A stretch of 64,000 bases of DNA from Vicugna vicugna. Its lineage: Eukaryota. The DNA lies in the NCBI GenBank assembly GCA_013265495.1, contig MU057503.1, forward strand, positions 62,001 through 126,000, in the 5' to 3' direction. The notes below the pieces were generated by a model that saw nothing but the letters and a program-made list of their open reading frames with translations, had not been told where the DNA came from and searched no databases. Below, in pieces: positions 26,509 through 39,799 of the stretch (position 1 is its first letter; every line of letters begins with the position of its first letter). The translations under genes and the position numbers were made by a program.

Positions 26509-27111
26509 AAGAATATATCTGAAGTCCTTTTTGAAAACCTTCTGAGAATCTAGCCATGCAATGGCCCTCCTAAGAAAATCTTTCCAGAACCCTGCAGGTG
26601 GTTACTTACTTCTACTTCAAGCTCTCAGAGTATTTTGTTCACATGTCCGCTCAAGGCCTTGGCCAGTGGCATTGCAGTCACTTGGTGTCTCCTAATAAAC
26701 TGTCATCTTTTCATATCATCTCTGTGTCCTGAGCCTTAGCACAGTACCTGTCACAGAAAATACTGAATAAATGCTGCTAAATATGAATGGGTTAGAAAAC
26801 AAAATGAAATTGTTTTTTGCCTGCCATCCAGGGGCTCCAAGTCAAGCAAAGGAGATGAGGTATTCACATAAATAACTCTAATATATGACAGAAAGTAACA
26901 GGTCATAAGAGAAACTTATGACTGCCAGTTTTGACTTCAATACGATCAGTTGCAAATGCTCAGGAGTATGGAGGCAGGTCTGTCTCCTGTACGTATGGCC
27001 CTGGCCAATTCTGTGTCTCTTGCCTATGAGAGGGGTCTCAAATTAGTCTTGCTTGTTCTCAGTGGTATTGTAAGGGCAAATACAAATTTAAAATAAAAGG
27101 CTTAATCACTA

Positions 27112-27695
27112 TCTTGAAAAGATTGCACTCCCATGGTCACTGAAACATCATTCACAATAGGCAAGATAATAAAAACAACTTAAATGTCCGTCAACAGATA
27201 AGTAAAGAAAATGTGGTGTACATTAAACAGTGGAATTTTATTTTGCCTTTAAAGAGGAAATTCTGCCTTCTGATAAACATGGATGAACCTTGAGGACATC
27301 ATGCTAAATAAAATGACCCAGATAGAAAGACAAATATTGTATGATCTCACACATGTAGAATGTGTGTGTGTGTGTGTGTGTGTGTATTTTTTAAGCCAAA
27401 CTCAGAGTAACAGAAAGTAAAATAGTAGTTACCAGAGCCTGAGGCATAAGGGGAAAATGAGAGATTTAAAAAAAAAATAGAATAGTGGTTGCCAAGAGCT
27501 GGGGAAAAAGGGTCATAGAAGTTATTGTTTAATGTGTACAGAGTTTGTTTTATAAAATGAAAAAATTTCTGGAGACGGACGGTGGTGATAGTTGCACAAC
27601 ATTAAGAATGTATCTAATACCACCAAACTGTACACTTAAAAATGGTTAAGATATTAAGTTTTTTATGTCATGTGTATTTTACCACAATAAAAAAC
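27112..27695 (+). mobile_element. Older L1 3' UTR fragments (L1MA/MB-like) with (TG)n at 27361-27385
   Basis: catggatgaaccttgaggacatcatgctaa...ctgtacacttaaaaatggttaag...accacaataaaaa. Confidence 0.85.
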
Positions 27696-27869
27696 ATTAA
27701 CAATCTGATGTATAAACTACTGCCAGTAAAGAAAAATACTCTAGAGTGAAGAATATTTGAATGTATATGTACAATAAAAGCACGGTCAGAGGATCACTCT
27801 TCTGTGTATCAAAGAGATTTAAAATTTTGAAGTTATTTAAAAAAAAAAAAGAAGAAAAGAAGGGAAGAT

Positions 27870-28455
27870 ACATCCTCCCCATCTCCCTACACCATCCCTT
27901 TCCTTACTTTAGCAAATTTGTAATTACAAGTTCTCTCTTTGGAATACATGTAAATCTTTTTAAAAGATAAGTCAGTCTCTTGTTGGCTTTAAAACCCAGG
28001 AATGTCTTCCTGAGGGACCTGAAAACCAACCCTCTGAAATGTAATTATCTAGGAAGACAGCACCTCCAACTTCCCACGTCTGGGTGGCGGGAGCAGGAGC
28101 CCAACCTCAATGGGAACCAGGCGCCAAATTGAAAAAACTACCCCGTCATGAGAAGTGTGTTCCTCCTCTGGACAAAGTCAATGAGCTAACATAAATAGTC
28201 ACCTCAATTACCAGGTGAATACAGGATAAACTATGCTTGATTGCTTCTCTGGAGAACATGTAGATAATGATTTGCATCTGCTTAGCTATACAAATGGCTG
28301 AGATTTCTGTCTTTACAGTCTCTTAAAAGAGTGCATGCAATGCACATTACGTTCTAGTTTCATACTTACGCAATAAGAAAACTGTTGTCTTTCTACCTTT
28401 GTGGTAGAGGTTTCCTAAGTTGGAAGGAGATGTTTTTAATTCTATTTCCCCCACA
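27870..28455 (+). mobile_element. ERV1-class solo LTR (MER89/MER34-like)
   Basis: LTR-like motifs (acccaggaatgtcttcctg, tgaaatgtaattatc), ends ...tatttccccaca; family name by recollection. Confidence 0.6.
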
Positions 28456-28707
28456 GCATCCTGCACAAACTCAGGGCACTGAAATACCCGGGCCATTGCA
28501 GCCTTTCTTAAGTCAACAGCAAATGTGCCCTGTTTATTTGACTGGGATTTCTCCTTCAGTTTCTAAAGTCATAAAGTAATGAAATCTTATCATTTTAAAA
28601 GTAATTTAGTTGTCAACTAAGAGATTCTGTATCAATTATATGGATGTTTCTATGTGGCATTAAAAAAATGTCCAGCTTTTTTTTTTTTAAATGGTTTTAG
28701 GTCTTTT

Positions 28708-28828
28708 TTTTTTTTATAACTTGAAGTTTGTACCATTTATTTATTTTTTTTTACATTTTTTATTGATTCATAATCATTTTACAGTGTTGTGTCAAATTCC
28801 AGTGTTCAGCACAATTTTTCAGTCATTC
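28708..28828 (-). mobile_element. Very short young L1 3' end with a double A-tail
   Basis: Reverse-complement match to 6985-7069; TSD atggttttaggtctttt (28691-28707) / atgggtttaggtctttt (28829-28845). Confidence 0.85.
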
Positions 28829-30769
28829 ATGGGTTTAGGTCTTTTAAGGTCTAAGGAAAGGGAAGACTTCTTCAAAGGCAGAAATGAAGAAAGATGGCAC
28901 TCTAAGCTGACAACATAGTGTGAACAAAGGACGCAGGAAGAAACACAAAGAATATCCGCAGAACACTGAGAAGCTTAGTCACACTGAAATGTTCAGTGCA
29001 TGGAGGAGCTTGGAGGACAGAACCAGTAATGGAAGTTGGGACAGCAGTGCAGAGATCTGCATGCCAGGAGACAAAGAGTTTCCACCAGACGGTCAAAACA
29101 TAACCCAGCTTGTCTCTGAAGGGGGCAACATATGACTTAGCAAGGATCTTTCATGAGAAATACCAAAGGTAGGTTCAGTGCTTACACTCCCTGTATAATT
29201 CTGTAAAAATAAGCCTCAATTCCAGACAAAACCCCCAAACACTAGAAGAAATTGTGACTCTCATCTTGTCATTGCTCATAGAAGCTGGTCTTTTATCTGT
29301 CCAGAAGTATCAGTTTTATCTCCACAATAGCTAACAGCAGTTTGGGGTGTTGTTATTAAGATGGAACCGCTGTTTAGAAGAACCATCTCTTTGTTCTCAA
29401 TGCCTTATCTTCTGGGCCAGGAGCAACCATTGCTCTCACTTTCCTTACGCTGTCACACCCCACCCAGTGGCTAAGGCCAGTGGTTCCAGTTTTTCTTTGA
29501 CCTTCCTTCTCATTTTCAGAGAAGTTTCTTACCTATTTAAAGATGATTTGTGGAAACCAAATAAGCAGTCACGGAAATGTAGGAACCCACAGAATGTCCT
29601 CTTTCATTTGTAAAATCTGCATTCAAAGACAGACGCTTTTAGAGAGAGGCTGTTATTTAAAGTAGAGCAAATATACCTGTTTGTTTTCCAAGTAACGTCA
29701 ATCTGTCACAGCCCTAACGTAATTGCAGTGGATCTTCAAAAAGCTGGGCGAAGTGGGAAATGAATGTCACCAATAACCACCTGTGTTAACCTGTCATATT
29801 TTTTTTGATAGGTATATTAAAAGCATGACGATTTGGGGCAAGAAGTGGGGGAGACGTTGCATTTTAACTCTTCCCCATGACTTCATTAAAAGAATGTTCA
29901 CTTCAACAGATGCTTCTATAATCAGCTGGGATCTAGTGTATTTTTGGAAAACAGAGAAAATGAAACTGTTATGAATAGTCTTATTTCTGGCAATCAAAGA
30001 GAGTGGAACAAGAAATCTAGTATTTGATTTGTTTTTTTTTTTTTTTACAAAAACGGTTCAAAGAACATCTATGCTTATGCCATGAGTCCTTCTGTAGAGA
30101 GCTCTCCCTCAGAAGTTTCAGTAAGAGCTGAGTCCATTGATCTGCAATTTGCTAAACTTGAGGTTTTTGAAGGGCAGCCAAAGTTTCACTTAGTTTCTCA
30201 ACAACACTCTCTCGAACCTGAGAGCATCTATCTTGTTCCTAGAGGACTTAAGATACATTTTTATATTTAGGACATCATTGTGACTTGCAGACAAAAGCCA
30301 GGCAGCCTTATTGAAACAATGAGTTCTTTTTAAAGAAATATTTCCTTTAGTTTCTTAATGAGCATGTCTGTCTTTGGTAGAAGAACTATGCCTAAAAATC
30401 CAAGTACTACTTCCCATGGGAATGTCTAAGTTTTAAATCTAGCCAGGGTTCATGTCTTAGGCATTAATACACACATGACTCATGCAAGATTTAAAGATAA
30501 TTATTTTTTAAAAATCCACCCAGCAACTAATCAATTGGAAAAATCCACTAAACAATTTTCAGACATAATCTTGGTGAATTCAGAGTAGTTTCCAGGTGTT
30601 GGTGCTTCTCATACCTTTCAGATTAAGTCGTGAAATTCTCGATAAAAGGAATGTAAATATCACATATATGTAAGAATAAGGATAAAGTAATTAATACAAA
30701 GCCTGGTACAAAGAGCTCAATAAACAGCAGCTGGTAATTCAGTAGGCCATGGTAGCAGCAGTAGTAGGC

Positions 30770-30910
30770 ATTCACCCTCTCCTTTACCAATAGTTCATTT
30801 TACAGATGAGAGCCAAAAAACTAAATCATTTGCCCAAGGTTACAAAGCTGGCTAGTGGCAGAGCTGAAACTGGAATGCAGGCCCCCTTACAAATCTAATA
30901 CTGTTTCCCC
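30770..30910. mobile_element. MIR SINE
   Basis: cattttacagatgag...ttgcccaaggttaca.agctggctagtggcagagctg. Confidence 0.75.
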
Positions 30911-31039
30911 TCTAACTTGGGGGAAATAATTTTTTTCAACCATAATGAGCTGTTCTGTCAGTAAAAGATCCTTACAGAGAAGGGCTAAGCTTCATTTCTG
31001 TCTTCGTGTGGCAAACCTTCTCAGTTTCTATCCTGATAG

Positions 31040-31860
31040 ACTTGTCATTTCACAACGTGATGGGCTTCTTCTCGGTCCTCACCTTCTTTTACCCTCTCTT
31101 ATTTTTCACACCATCACTTCACTGTCCTTTAGCCTGAGAGACACCGCAGTAAACCAACTCCTCCCTGTTTGCTCCTTCTGTGTTTACTTCCTCCCTCCTT
31201 CCTCAGGTGCCCAAAGCATGGGAATTTCCAGAGCTGAACCCTTGAGTCTGTCCTCTCTCCCTCAGAGAGCACACATTTTCCCAAGTACTCTCTCGATGCA
31301 GTTCAGTGGAAAACGTCTTTAGCCCTAGTATCCTTCTTGATATTAGATGCAAATTTCCAGCTTCCTACTGGATGTTACTACCTACATGTTGCAATATGAT
31401 CTTAAAATTACTGTATGGAATCAAAGATATCATCCTCCCCTCAAAAGCAGATCAAACTCTTCATTTCCAAAGTTTATTAACGGCTCCGTGGCTCTTCCAG
31501 TCCTGAAACCACGAAGACGTTGTTGAGTCTCCTGGCACTTCCTAAGTGACCCACCACCAATTGTATTCTACCTTTTCTTTTTTCCTTCCTTTTCTCTTCC
31601 ACTGACATCACATTAGTTTAGTTTCTCACCAACAAGGCCAGAACTACTCCAAAAGCCCATTAACTAATGGTTCTGCCTTGACTCCTCACCATCTTACAAA
31701 CTCCCCGGGGGGTAATTTATCTCCTGAGTCACATTCTGTCATATTGTTCCTCTGATCAAATCTGCCCAACCGCTTCACCACACCTGTGAGACAGAGCTCA
31801 GTGCCTTGGTTTTGTAACCAAAACTCCCCACCATCTTGCCCTGTTATCCACTGTGTTCTC
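31040..31860 (-). mobile_element. L2 LINE fragment
   Basis: Pyrimidine-rich degraded L2 ORF2/3' region motifs. Confidence 0.6.
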
Positions 31861-32489
31861 TCAATTTCTCAGCAAAATACGAAGTTACCTACCATATTTG
31901 TATGTTGAATGTTTCTCTCTGACATTATGGAGGCAATGAGAAAAGGTATACAGTGCTCAGAATTAATGTGATGGGTTTTCTTTCTTACGAGGACAAAAAT
32001 TAAATTTAAATAACCTAGTACTTTTTTAGAATTGATGTCACTCACTGTTGTTCCCCAAATGAAGAAATTCACTGTCTCAAAGGTTTATAATCACTGTCTG
32101 CTACAGATAAGTCAGGCTAAAACACAGTCTCGATAATAGCACGAAAGAAAAGCAGGAAGTCTGTTTCATTTTTCTCTCATGAAAAGGTAAGGAAATCTAT
32201 CCAAAACTTACTGTTTAGGGAGACCAGAATTTAACACTTTGCCAGCTGTATTGGTTATTTTTGTTTTTTAATCGGTGGTTGCTTAAGCCTACTACAGTCA
32301 ATATCTTTCATATTATTAACAAAAATTATCTGTATTCTGACTTCTCGGGAGGTTTAGGCGTTAGTATCACGAACGCTCTTTTGCAAAGGCTATTAGCTAA
32401 ATCCCTCTGCAAAGAAACACATCTAGGATAACAACTCTTTGATTTTCTCATCTTTTATTACTTTTTCCTTTATGTAGCTCTCATTCTTT

Positions 32490-35000
32490 AAAAAAAATCT
32501 CTCTGTAATGCAAACTAAAGCTATACTGAAACACCACTTCTTAACTATCAGATGGACACAAGTTGAAAAAATTGACAACACAGTCTTCTGGCAATTTGGT
32601 ACAACAGTGTGCACTTCATACACTGCTGGTGTTAACGGATAAATGGTAAAGCCCTAGGGAGGAAAATCTGGCAAAATTACATATGATTTTAACCTATAAT
32701 CCAGCAATTTCACTTCTAGGAATCTATCTCAAAGTAACACTGGCAAGAAGACAAAAGCCCAATTTTGCAGCTCTATTTAATAACAGCCAAGGAATGTAAA
32801 TAACTTATAAATATGTTAAAACAGACCCTAGTTTCTCTTGCTCAGCCTTTGCTTCCTTTCCTTTTTTCCCCTCTTCTTTTTCCCTATCCCCTTTGTTTGC
32901 TACCTGCCCCTCACTCCTACCGCTGGACCTTAAACTACAAGGATTCCAAAATACCTCCTGCAGAACTGCTCTGACAATTGCGAGGAGGCAATTTACACCC
33001 ATGATCCCAAACAAGAGGGATGAAGAACCAAAATAATCTCCAGCTGCCCCAACCACAAGTTCTCAGCCAGGACAGCGAAGGGGGAGCGTGGCCACACCAC
33101 CGGACGTGTACTCCTTGCTTCTCCTCGCACGGGAAAATTCCAGTCCTGATACAGCTCGTGGAATTATTTGGTCTCAGGTACTTCCCAATGCACATCAGCT
33201 GAATAAAACACGTACTGTCGTCTCGAATCACTTACAGTATCGTTTTTCTTTGACAAACCCAAATGTTCACCTATGGGAACTGACTGAATAAACCATGTTA
33301 CATATATCAGATGAACACTATGCAAGTGTAACAAGGACTTAGCAATCTCTCTCTAGTACAATGGAATGATGCCCAGAAATACTAAGTGAAAAAAATCAAC
33401 AGAGAGAAAATGTGTACAGCATGCTACCATTTATCTAAGGGGTGGCGATATAAATACACATGTATTTAATTATTTTTTAAAAATATATAAAAACCAAAAT
33501 TTTCAAGTCACCTATGTATGGGGAGGGAGGGAGGAGGTTGAAGGGCACAAAGATAGAAGCCTGACTCCTCAGAATGTGCCTTGTGTTTTGGAGACAGATA
33601 CGTTACTTTTAAATTAAATTTTTAAAAAGCAAGCTCTGAAAGCTAAAAGCAGTATGAAAACAATGAATCTATGCAGCACAACCACAGAGAGGAGCTAGTA
33701 ACTAACATTAGACGTTTTCAGCACTCATTCATTGGTGACAGTATTGTCATCCTGAGACTGTTGTGTGTGCGCTGTCTGACGAACTAATGAACAATTACAT
33801 TGCTGTGGTTGGTAATCAGGCTTTCCAGCATGGAAGAAGACATAAAATAAAAGAAATTAAGTAAACTTTAATTGGAGGTATTATTATGAATTTACTTTAA
33901 AAAATCACAAAAGTTCATATTTCCTAGTTCTGTATATTGGAAAGGCTTTGTTTGAGACAACATTCAATCCAATAGCAATGGACAACCCTAGTTTCCATAT
34001 TGTAGTTCTAAATGCCATTTCCTAACAAAAAGAAGCAGGGCTTCTTGACAAAATAGTTTATTCCAGGTTTGGAAAGAAACGCAAAAGGTGAGGTTGAGAT
34101 ATCTTGTCACACTTTAATGAGGTTTTTCAAAAACCTCATCAGAAAGTTTGAGAAGGTTTTTACTGACCAAAGATCAGGCAATTTGAGCATTAATAAGGAT
34201 AACATCTGCACTGGATTGAAACATATGAACTATAAGTTCATAATTCTAATTTAAAAAAATTATTAGTCACCTTTGAAAGATGCTAAAAATACAACTATTA
34301 TTTGAAAATTTGTAAATTAAAAAAATCACACTTATCCTGCCTTTTCCACACTTTACCTCTGTGTGAGCAAATAGTTAAGAAGGAGACATTTCTCATTATA
34401 GAAGTAGGATAGCCAATACACCAAAAAAAGGAATCACTGAAATAGTCTATCTCTACTTTGTAACCTCTCATTAAGTAATAAATCTAGGCACTGAATATCA
34501 GTGATTATTAACATCAAAGAAAGAGAGACCACTAGATAGATAACATGTAAGCATACAACACCATCTGTGAAGAATTCTTGCCCCAAAACTCTAACTGAGT
34601 ATGACCACATTTCTAATTTGAACTAACAATTTACCAAAAATACACAGAACAAATGAATAAGTTAAAAACATAGCAAGGATTCAGTCAGGAAAATCTAGAC
34701 TATGGACAAATAACCTGATTTCTTCCACTGATAAATTACAAGGAAGAAGAATAGAAGAGATGGAGAGGGAATTGGGTTTTAAAAATATTTAAGAGCAGTA
34801 TCAACCATGAATGTATGGACTTCTCTTGGATCCTGATTCAAACAAACTTACATATCCTGATTCCAAATATCTATACACATGTCCGTTTAAGATATCGACC
34901 TTAGAAGTTCTCATCATAAGAAATTTCAACACTGGCTGCTGGATATCTGGTAATATTTAGGAGTTAACATTAAATTTTTAGGTGTGGTCCTATCATTGTG
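32490..35000 (+). mobile_element. Ancient L1 (L1MC/ME-like) ORF2 end and long 3' UTR, interrupted by an LTR-like insert; resumes after 36915
   Basis: tacactgctggt...ccagcaatttcacttctaggaatctatc...; later gaatgtatggac...tggatcctgattcaaacaaac. Confidence 0.7.
32814..33255 (+). mobile_element. LTR-like insertion (family unassigned)
   Basis: Begins TG, ends CA, AATAAA at ~33202, GC/CpG-richer than the L1 it interrupts. Confidence 0.5.
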
Positions 35001-35004
35001 ATTT

Positions 35005-36915
35005 TTTGACTTATAACATTGTATTAGTTTAGGTGTACACAGAATGATTTGATTCATGTATATACTGCGAAATGATCTCCATGGTAAGTTTAGTTAATAT
35101 TCATCATCTCACATAGTTACAAACTTTTTCTTGCAATGAGAATATTTAAGATTTACTCTATTAGCAGCTTTCAACTATACAATACAATCACCATGCTGTA
35201 CATTATATCCCCAAAACTTATTTATCTTATAACTAGAAGTTCATGTCTTTTGACCCCCTTCACCCACTTCCAGCCCTGACCCCTTGCTTCTGATCACCCA
35301 TCTATTTCGTTTGGGTTATTTTTTTTTCTTTTAATCCCAAATATAACTGAAATCATACAGTGTTTGTCTTTCTCTGTCTGACTTACTTCACTTAGCATAA
35401 TGCCTCAAGGTCCATCCATATGGTCACAAATGGCAAGATTTCATTCTTTTTTATGGCTGAATAATATTCCATTGTATAAATATACTACATTTTTATTATC
35501 AATTTATCTATCATTGGACACTTAGGTTGTTTCAATGTTTTGGCTATTATAAATAATTATGCAATGAATATGGGGATGCAGGTGTCTCCTTGAGATAGTA
35601 ACTTCAGCTTCTTTGGATATATACCCAGAAATGGAATTCCTGGATCATATGATAGTTCTATCCTTAATTTTGGGGGGGACCTCCATACTGTTTTCCATAG
35701 TGGCTGTACCAATTTACATTCCCATCAACAGTGCACAAAGGTTCTCTTTTCTCTACATCCTTACCAGCGCTTGTTATTTTTCTTTCTTTAACAATAGCCA
35801 TTCTGACAATGTAAGGTAGTATCTCACTGAGGTTTTGATTTGCACTTCCCTAACAGTTAGTGATGCTGAGTACCTTTTCATGTACCTGTTGGCCATTTAC
35901 ATGTCTTCTTTAGAAAAATGTCTATTCAGTTCTCCACTCATTTTTTAATTGGATTGATCTTTTGCAACTGAACTGTAGGAGTTCTTCTGTACATATATGT
36001 ACACACGTAAATACATATGTTTTATATACATATTTACATGTATATATTTATATATATGCATTTATACATATATTTATATACATATACACATTTATATAAT
36101 GTCTTATATACAGCATATAATGTCATATATACTATAATGCAATGATGAAAGAAATTGAGGAAGACTCAAATGGAAAAGATATTCTACACTCATGGATTGA
36201 AAGAACAATATTGTTAAAATGACCATACTACCCAAACCAGTCTCTGGAATTAATACAATCTGTATCAAAATTCCAATGGCATTTTTCACAGAAATAGAAC
36301 TCATAATCCTAAAATTTGTGTGGAACCACAGTAGACCCAAATAGCCAAAGCAGTACTGAGGAAGAAGATCGAAGCTGGAGTCATCAGGCTTCCTAATTTC
36401 AAACTGTATTAAAAGCTACAGTAATAAAAACAGTGTGGCACTTGCATAAAAACACACATAGATCAATGGAATAGAACAGAAAGCCCAGAAATAAACCCAT
36501 ACATATATATGTCAATTAATTTATGACAAAGGAGCCAAGAAAATACAACGGAGAAAGGATAGTCTCTTGAATAAATGGTATTGGGAAAAACAGGACAACC
36601 AGATGCAAAAGAATGAAACTGGATCCCTATCTTACACCACCTACAAAATCAACTAAAAATGAATTAAAGACCTAAACATAAGACCTGAAACCACAGAACT
36701 CCTAGAAGAGGACATAGTAGATAAGCTCCTTGACTTCACTCTTGGCAATGATTTTTTTGGATTTGACACCAAAAGCAAAGACAAAAAAAGCAACAATAAA
36801 ACTAGTAGGACTCTATCAAATTAAAAAGCTTCTGTTTAGCTTTTTTGAAAAAATAAAAAGGCAACTTATAGGATGGAAGAAAACATTTGCAAAGGTGTTA
36901 ATATCCAAAATACAT
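35005..36915 (-). mobile_element. 5'-inverted (twin-primed) L1: antisense 3' part 35005-35985, TA/CA-rich junction, sense ORF2 part 36140-36915
   Basis: Left part is reverse-complement L1 3' UTR and ORF2 end; right part is plus-strand ORF2 DNA ending where the left part begins in L1 order. Confidence 0.88.
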
Positions 36916-39595
36916 TAACAAAAATTTTAAGTCATTATCTTTTAGAGAAATACTGAAATATTTTCACAAGAAATGACAGCTATCTCAGACCTTCCAATCT
37001 AGGGGTAGAAGGGCGGATGGGGGTACAGATGAAATACAACTGGCCATAAATTTGTTTTTGTGGAAGTTGAGTAATTTGGCCAATACCATACACCTAGTAA
37101 GCAACAGAACTCTTATCTTAGTTGTCGGATTCCAAAGTCTGTGACCTATTTAATACACTGAGATATCTCTCAAATGCACCACACAGACACCTGCACACAA
37201 CTATTTGTAAACTGATGACTACCTGTATTACTTAGCTTTGCAGGGTTTTCTGTGCCTTAAATATGCAGTCAGTAAGAGTTTCATAAGTGTGTATGTATTG
37301 AGGCCAACTAGGAGAGTGGTAAATTACTTAGAAAACTGTACAAGAAATAGATACTTTCAACTAAGTAACAAGTCTCTTTAAATAAGTGTTTTCATTAATA
37401 CATTTTATTCATAACTGCTAGTACTTGTATCATAGAAATAAGCTTGAAGTGTATGACAGAAACGAGTTTACAATATAAGCACAAATTTAAAAATTAAATT
37501 CAGATTCTAAGACAATTCCTATATTGTATGGTTCTCCAAGTTCTTTACAAGCAGCATAATCACTGAGCCAGTGATTTATGAAAGCCAGAAAAAAAAAATT
37601 GCAGTCCAGAGGACCCTAGGGCAAGACTTAATAATACCCTTGAATAATACCCTAAAATAACTGACATCCCTTTTTTAAATGCCAAACAAAGGAAACTATA
37701 TGTCAGAGTCCAGTGTTATCATCATCATAATTATAAGTAAAGTCCTTTTAAAATCAGGTAAACCAGATATTAAGTCATTAGCATCACATTGGGTAAGTAC
37801 TTTAGACAATCTCTTGGAGGAAAGAAATCTCCCAGTGACAGAGGAGTGTAAAGATGCACCTTCTGAAATGTTGCCAAAACAGGAAAGAAATACTAGTTTT
37901 GTAAGTTGTCCAACTTGTACCTCAAGTCAGCCAGGCTCCTGAAATAGATAACTCTGCTTTTATGTTCTTCCATTCCCACATTTTCTCTACCAGAGTGACG
38001 TACTTATTACTTCTCTGTAGGATTTACTAGCTAGGGACCACCTAGAACTATAAACCCCCTGCAGTGTGGGCTTTATCAGACAGCAGACTACCTTGGCTCT
38101 CAGCCTATTACTATAGCTCTACCTGACAACATTTCGTATCCACAATTTTTAAAACTACGTTTATTCTTACTTTTACACTGAGGCTGCAGTAGCACTTCTT
38201 GATTGATCACTATTTGGAAACCAGGAAGTGGTTTGTAGCACTATGGTATTCACTTTGCTATGACCACAGTCTTAAGGTATCACATGGTGTCTCTGATTAT
38301 ATATTGTATTATTACTGTCATGAATTATTTTAGTATTAATCACTGTTATTATTGCTTTATTATTAATCATCCCTTTGCTAGTGATAACTGACTCACGCAG
38401 ATGATCTACAGTTTCTGAAGAGAATAGGGAGAACATAAGTAAGCAAATCCTCAATGCACACTTTTTGAGCTCCACTCTGCTGAAATTTTACATTACAGAA
38501 CAATTCCAAATTCTGAAACATAGGCCTTGAACTTTGATGGTGCTGAAAAAAAGTACGGCTGTGACTAGGACAAAGTTGGAACAATAGCAAGAAACTTCTG
38601 CTGCATTACATTCCCTTTATAATGAATCACTGGGAACAGGCACCCCACGAAAAAAAAAAAAAAAGAGAGAACCGCACAAGAAACTTTAAAGGACCTCTTT
38701 TCTTCCCTTTTGAGGCACTGCATGCTGTTAATACTGAGATCAACCAAGAATAAATACACAAATCAATTATAATACTAAGGAACTGGCCACAGGCCAACAC
38801 TTATCATTGTTAAAAATTCATGGAGAATTAGGAAGATTGTCAGAGTGTAACCATATTCTCTCATATATATATATATCTTTTTTAATGTAACTGGAAACCT
38901 ATCAAAGCAGGTCATCACAAAATCATTGTCAAAAAGAAAAATATAGATGATGTAGTAAAACCATTTTTTAAGAAAGAAGACATTTCAGACAGATTTAATA
39001 TCCTTAGTTGACAAAATTGTAAGTTCAGGAGATAGAAGACAAGAATGCTTTCCTTCCTCCCTCCTTCCCTTCTTTCCTTCCTTCATCCTCTGTAAACATT
39101 TATTAAGGGACAGCAACATGCCAGGAAATAGGCAAAGAACAGTCCCTGCCCTCAAGAATCACACAATCGAGTGACTAAGGCAAACACATAAATAATTTCA
39201 TCACAGCAAGGTGGATGCATTAATGGATGTAAATCATAGCTCTGTGAGGGATTAAAAGACTCAATAGCTGTATCTAGACAAAAGAGTCTTGAAAGGGTAA
39301 ATGATATATATTCATCAACATACCAAGAAGTATATCCAAAATCGTGTAACTACAACAGTTCAGCCAGAAAAATGATGCATTACAGGCACTAACCTTGGAT
39401 CCAGAGTGGTTTAAGTGTTTTTCCACAACCTTCACGATGGACCAGACAGCATTTGTAACACCGTAGACAACCATCGCCGAAGCTCTTTCAAGGCAAAGGT
39501 TGACTTCTCCCTCTTTTTACTGCATGTGATACTTAGTCAAAACACAAAGTAGGCGCTTAATATGTACTAATTGCACACTCAAAGCTAGGTGAACA

Positions 39596-39675
39596 CAGTA
39601 CCTCTGTTAAATAAATAAATAAATAAACAAACCTAATTACCTCCCCTGTCCAAAAAAAATAATTAAAAGAAAAAA
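39596..39675 (+). mobile_element. 5'-truncated Vic-1-like SINE (3' half only)
   Basis: cagtacctc...aaacctaattacctcccc + A-tail matches the 3' half of the 26390 SINE; TSD aaagctaggtgaaca (39581-39595) / aaagctacatgaaca (39676-39690). Confidence 0.85.
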
Positions 39676-39799
39676 AAAGCTACATGAACAAGCAAGTGTT
39701 TTCACATATAAAGATGGAATTAAATGCCAGTGACCTTAGTAAATTGAAAATAATCAACAGAAAATAAACGAAGGCTAGAGCAAGCCTTTACCTTTAAAT

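Noticed and set aside
9000..26520. A larger 15 kb tandem duplication including the flanking L2s and SINEs
   Set aside because: Spacing to the L2s differs, the SINEs are in opposite orientation and look like independent insertions, and homology is not visible beyond the core.
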